Below, in pieces: positions 61,301-64,000 of a DNA stretch of 64,000 bases (its first letter is position 1; every line of letters starts with the position of its first letter). Both the position numbers and the translations under genes were made by a program. Source of the DNA: Candidatus Kapaibacterium sp. (GTDB lineage: Bacteria > Bacteroidota > Ignavibacteria > Kapaibacteriales > UBA2268); contig OY762428.1 in NCBI GenBank assembly GCA_963665665.1, forward strand, positions 3,008,001 to 3,072,000. Direction: 5' to 3'. Under the pieces are notes generated by a model, which had not been told where the DNA came from, searched no databases, and saw nothing but the letters and a program-made list of their open reading frames with translations.

Positions 61301-62396
61301 TCGGGATTGTTCCAACAAAGTTTAACCCGTTTTCTGAAAATAATTCAGGTAACTCAACTTTGCTTTCAGAAATACTTCCGAATACTGATTTCCCCGACTT
61401 TACTAATTTAAAATTCAAAGATTCGGAATCGTAACTTTTTAATTTCTCAACAATTTCATCATCCAGGCCGGAGTAATGAACCAGCTCAAGATACTTTGAA
61501 TCGTTATCAAAAAGATATATGCCAGCGTTATTTATTCCTAATATCTTTTTGGTGTAGTTTACCGATAAGCTTGATATTTCTTTAATAGAGTCAGCTTTAC
61601 TGAGCTTTTGGGACAGCTCGTTTTGAAGAACTAAAAGTTTTTCATTCTCTTTTTTCACGGAGATATCTTTGATAGTACCAACAACAGCAATTTTTTCGTG
61701 GTTTTTGATAATACCGATATTTAAAATAATGTGAATATAGCCGGGTTTGTGTTTATGCTTTATATTGAATTCATACTCATTTGGTACAGGTTCGCCAGCC
61801 AGCCTTTTTGCATAATTTTCCGATACCATATCAACATCTTCCGGAGCAATTATCTCCCTGAAATCAATACCAATAATTTCATTTGCCGAAAAACCGGTGA
61901 TTTTTTCAAAGGAGCTGTTTACATAAAGGAATTTGGAATCCTGAAGAAAGAATGCTCCGTCGCCAATATTTTCCAGCAGCCTGATATAATCTTCGTTATC
62001 AAGAAATCCTCCCTGAACTTCAGTTTTATCAATATCTTTTATTAAAATACCGATATAATCCCTGTTTTCCTCCGAACTTGCCTGAATGATAAGCGAACAT
62101 TTAATTTTTTTGCCGTCTTTACGTCGGCATTCAGCATATAAAATATTTTTACCGGTCAGCCTGTCATCAGGAATAACTTCGGGAATTTCAAATCCGGGGA
62201 AGTAGTTCTCAAAAGGTTTGTTTTTAACATTTTTTACTTCCTCACCAATAAGATACAGGGCTGAACTATTCAAATTCAGAATTTTGTCGGTGTGACGCTC
62301 TACAATGAACAGGGGGTCAGATATATGGTGAAATAAGGGGAAATATTTAATATAATCCCGGGATAATTTATCAGTTGTTTGTTCAATGTTGTCCAT
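58341..62396 (-). CDS. Sensor histidine kinase: about 7 PAS, GAF, HisKA, HATPase
   Basis: PAS linkers; IIAHDLKNP, NLLSNAIKFT, DSGIG and GTGLGL motifs; no REC domain, no TM. Confidence 0.93.
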   Translation of the reverse strand: MDNIEQTTDKLSRDYIKYFPLFHHISDPLFIVERHTDKILNLNSSALYLIGEEVKNVKNKPFENYFPGFEIPEVIPDDRLTGKNILYAECRRKDGKKIKCSLIIQASSEENRDYIGILIKDIDKTEVQGGFLDNEDYIRLLENIGDGAFFLQDSKFLYVNSSFEKITGFSANEIIGIDFREIIAPEDVDMVSENYAKRLAGEPVPNEYEFNIKHKHKPGYIHIILNIGIIKNHEKIAVVGTIKDISVKKENEKLLVLQNELSQKLSKADSIKEISSLSVNYTKKILGINNAGIYLFDNDSKYLELVHYSGLDDEIVEKLKSYDSESLNFKLVKSGKSVFGSISESKVELPELFSENGLNFVGTIPIKLSPGKIYGSLNVAANDADTLTDKKMKFLESIAYMLAIAISRIKSKNKLKESEERFRQLSDLLPQIIYESDLKGNLSYGNKAARDKFGYKPDEVDIDSINAIDMIIPEHRERAVQNMRKIAMGQRSKASEYIALRKDGSTFPVAIHSDVIIKDSKPVGFRGVIFDISDVKKVEKALEQNELKFRSILANMSDIVWIVDENVNIKFETPSSCQILGYSENELNEVNMWDLVHPDDKEHSIREFNEVLSGTNKLVPTVFRLMHKDGTYTWHEAVANNLLDVDPINGIIITSRDITARIESEKELQKSNERFIQLFDNMNSACAIHEIVKNEDDEVVDTIIRNANKLFIESFRSIYGIKRTDFVGRKVSELNPKSTFPFADIVNKLNSSDGGIKLVMGFPLKNPVKYFKISIFKFHNNLLATILDDITETKIARDALEANEAKLRSIFEAANTVGFLIADFKDGGPVISEFSPGAENIFGLKKNAVINKKLSEFHRGNYNKVENFIARILQTKAGQSFEVTMMNSNGQKIHTVTSAYPLKNKDGKVLSIIGVTMDITPLKKAEESLHIKNSAIESAVFGLGIASLDGTIEYVNQAYLNLWGYDDIAEIIGKNIKYFGQLGETDRVLGHLNQGGGTVESVAIRKDGSTFDVMVSVNFVRDSKGKPIKLLASFVDISDKKKIENKLHELNKDLEIKVRDRTAQLQDAMEELRFENEERKRTQDELEKLNEELFISRQTIEEEAIRLAELNRIISDSEAGLQESNAMKDKFFSIIAHDLKNPLGGLMNISEILLQNYEDITSDARKNFINILYDSSKQTLNLLENLLQWSRSQTGRLEFHPLIADMRFSIENVRKLLQVNIDNKKIEIIDKSDKNLFAYFDKAMINTVFRNLLSNAIKFTPEGGTIEIANKENDKFIEIIICDSGIGIEEERIDDLFRIDKNSSTPGTNNEKGTGLGLILCKEFVEKNGGTISVKSKPGKGSEFSFTLPKI

Positions 62397-62519
62397 AAAT
62401 TCTTAGCCTAAAAAATCACTTGCCAAAATTTCCAGTACTCTGTATCCCTTATTCTTAAATAATCATTTTTTCTTATATATCAAAGGAAAAAAAATAAATG
62501 TTAAGAAAATAACGGATTA

Positions 62520-63371
62520 TCATATCATTAGCTCGACAGATTTAACATATTGTTCAACAGCTTCGGGTATCAGGTCCATATACAGGTCGGGTTCTATCAT
62601 TTCAACTTCCATCAGCTTAAATTTTCCTGAAGATAAAACGCCGTCAATCCTGGCATAAAGGCAGTTATTTATAAATTTTCCGGCAATTTCCCCGGACTTT
62701 GTTAAAACTTCCGGGGGAGGGTCTGCTAATTCGTATTTCCCGCCGTAATCCCGTTGTATCCGATAATCGCCGGAAGCCGGAATTTTATTGACTGTATAGT
62801 GAAACCCGTTATGGAAATATATTGTTGAAAATTCCCCGGATTTCATTATTTCCGGTTCGAAAGCCTGAACTAAAAGATCATGCCTGCCTGACAGATCATC
62901 AAGTAATAACTGAGTATCAGCGCTGACTGCGGAAATTTTGTAAGTATTATGCGATGCAGCAGATACAGCAGGTTTCAATATTAATTCTTTAGTTCCCAGT
63001 TTTTCTGATATTTTATTCAAATCCTGTTTGGAATTTTTTTCAAGGAAATAAGTCGGGATAATATCAATTCCCCGGGTCATCAAATCGCGCAGGTAAAATT
63101 TATGAATATTATTTTCGATAATGTTAGCAGGATTTAACACTCTTTTCTGACTCAATTTCAAATTTCGAATAAATTTACGAAATTCCTTTTCCTTGAAATG
63201 GTATCCCCATGTTGTCCGGAACAAATAAAAGTCAAAGTCATCAATATTCTGAACATGATCCCATATAACAGGAAGTGCATTAAAGCCTCGGCTGTTGAGT
63301 CTGTTCATTACCTGTTGGTCATATTCAAGCAGATTAGGTATGTTTTCGCATGTAAGAATCGCTGTTTTCAT
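62520..63371 (-). CDS. ATP-grasp fold protein (RimK/glutathione-synthetase-like)
   Basis: RTTWGY, N.HK.YL, KPAVSA, GE.S, DYRIQ..YGG, YARID and LMEVEMIEP motifs; ATG at 63371 preferred. Confidence 0.82.
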   Translation of the reverse strand: MKTAILTCENIPNLLEYDQQVMNRLNSRGFNALPVIWDHVQNIDDFDFYLFRTTWGYHFKEKEFRKFIRNLKLSQKRVLNPANIIENNIHKFYLRDLMTRGIDIIPTYFLEKNSKQDLNKISEKLGTKELILKPAVSAASHNTYKISAVSADTQLLLDDLSGRHDLLVQAFEPEIMKSGEFSTIYFHNGFHYTVNKIPASGDYRIQRDYGGKYELADPPPEVLTKSGEIAGKFINNCLYARIDGVLSSGKFKLMEVEMIEPDLYMDLIPEAVEQYVKSVELMI

Positions 63372-63656
63372 ATTGATAAAAATGAAATTTACAAAGATAA
63401 GGATTATTATGATAATTTTATCATTATGCTTATAGTTAATAAATAAAAATGAGGTATTCATGAATAAACAATTTGCATTTTGCACATAAGTTCACTATAT
63501 TGCTATCCGGAAATTTGAAATATGAACTAATTCGAATAGTAATTAATTGATATTATTATTGTTCGGGTATTGAAGCGGATATATTACTTAAAATAAAATG
63601 ATCAGGTATTATAATATTTTGATCATAGGATATTTCAAAAACTAACGAATGGCTTT

Positions 63657-64000
63657 ATGAAAACAGATGTTTTAGTGATTGGCAGCAGTGCCGCAGGACT
63701 GGTTGCAGCAACAACAGGAAAAAGGGTTAACCCGGACAAGAAATTCACAGTAATAACAAAAAACGAAAAAACCTTGATACCATGCGGTATCCCCTACATT
63801 TTTGGTTCGGTTGGTACAAGCGATAAGGATATTCTGCCGGCCGAAATGATGTTCGACAAAATGGGTGTTGAAGCCATCCACGATGAAGTTACCGAAATTA
63901 TTATCGCTGATAAAAAAGTAAAAACCCAAAACAACGGCGATATAGAATATGACAAACTTGTTATAGCCACCGGTTCCAAACCGCTAATCCCAAGCTGGCT
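63657..64000 (+). CDS. FAD-dependent pyridine nucleotide-disulfide oxidoreductase (NADH oxidase/CoA-disulfide reductase-like), truncated by the window end
   Basis: Not in the ORF track. Translates MKTDVLVIGSSAAG...PCGIPY...YDKLVIATGS. Confidence 0.88.
   Translation, partial: MKTDVLVIGSSAAGLVAATTGKRVNPDKKFTVITKNEKTLIPCGIPYIFGSVGTSDKDILPAEMMFDKMGVEAIHDEVTEIIIADKKVKTQNNGDIEYDKLVIATGSKPLIPSW

Noticed and set aside
62520-63371. ATP-grasp protein as a graspetide maturase
   Set aside because: It has no adjacent precursor, lies 7.5 kb from the cluster on the opposite strand, and its motifs fit a common stand-alone family.
231-63979. Numerous short antisense or nested ORFs in the track
   Set aside because: They overlap well-supported genes in other frames or strands and show no recognisable motifs.

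Overview
This is an AT-rich bacterial chromosomal window. T9SS C-terminal sorting domains, a GWxTD protein and a mitochondrial-type aconitase point to an FCB-group organism; a Kapabacteria/Ignavibacteria-like identity is inference. Most of the window is housekeeping or accessory genes: M16 and S9 peptidases, secG, ispD, aconitase, three cyclophilins, menF/menD with a DAHP synthase, tRNA-His, two very large PAS histidine kinases, T9SS cargo, an LRR protein and an amino-acid ABC transporter. The standout is an apparently complete SynChlorMet-type radical-SAM RiPP cluster at 48.0-55.0 kb. It encodes an RRE (ScmD), two radical SAM/SPASM enzymes (ScmE, ScmF), an ABC exporter, an HPr-kinase-like ScmC and a soluble S26-type peptidase. 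Three different precursor-like peptides are interleaved, each with a Y-x-x-P leader and 5-6 spaced C-x-x-G motifs. A fourth, pseudogenised member of this peptide family, absent from the ORF track, lies 12.5 kb away at 35239-35496. Other notable features are a 3.3-kb repeat island whose periods are all multiples of 21 bp, a three-copy MITE-like element that supplies one gene's stop codon, and a perfect 17-bp VNTR. All family assignments come from motif recognition by eye; no searches were run.
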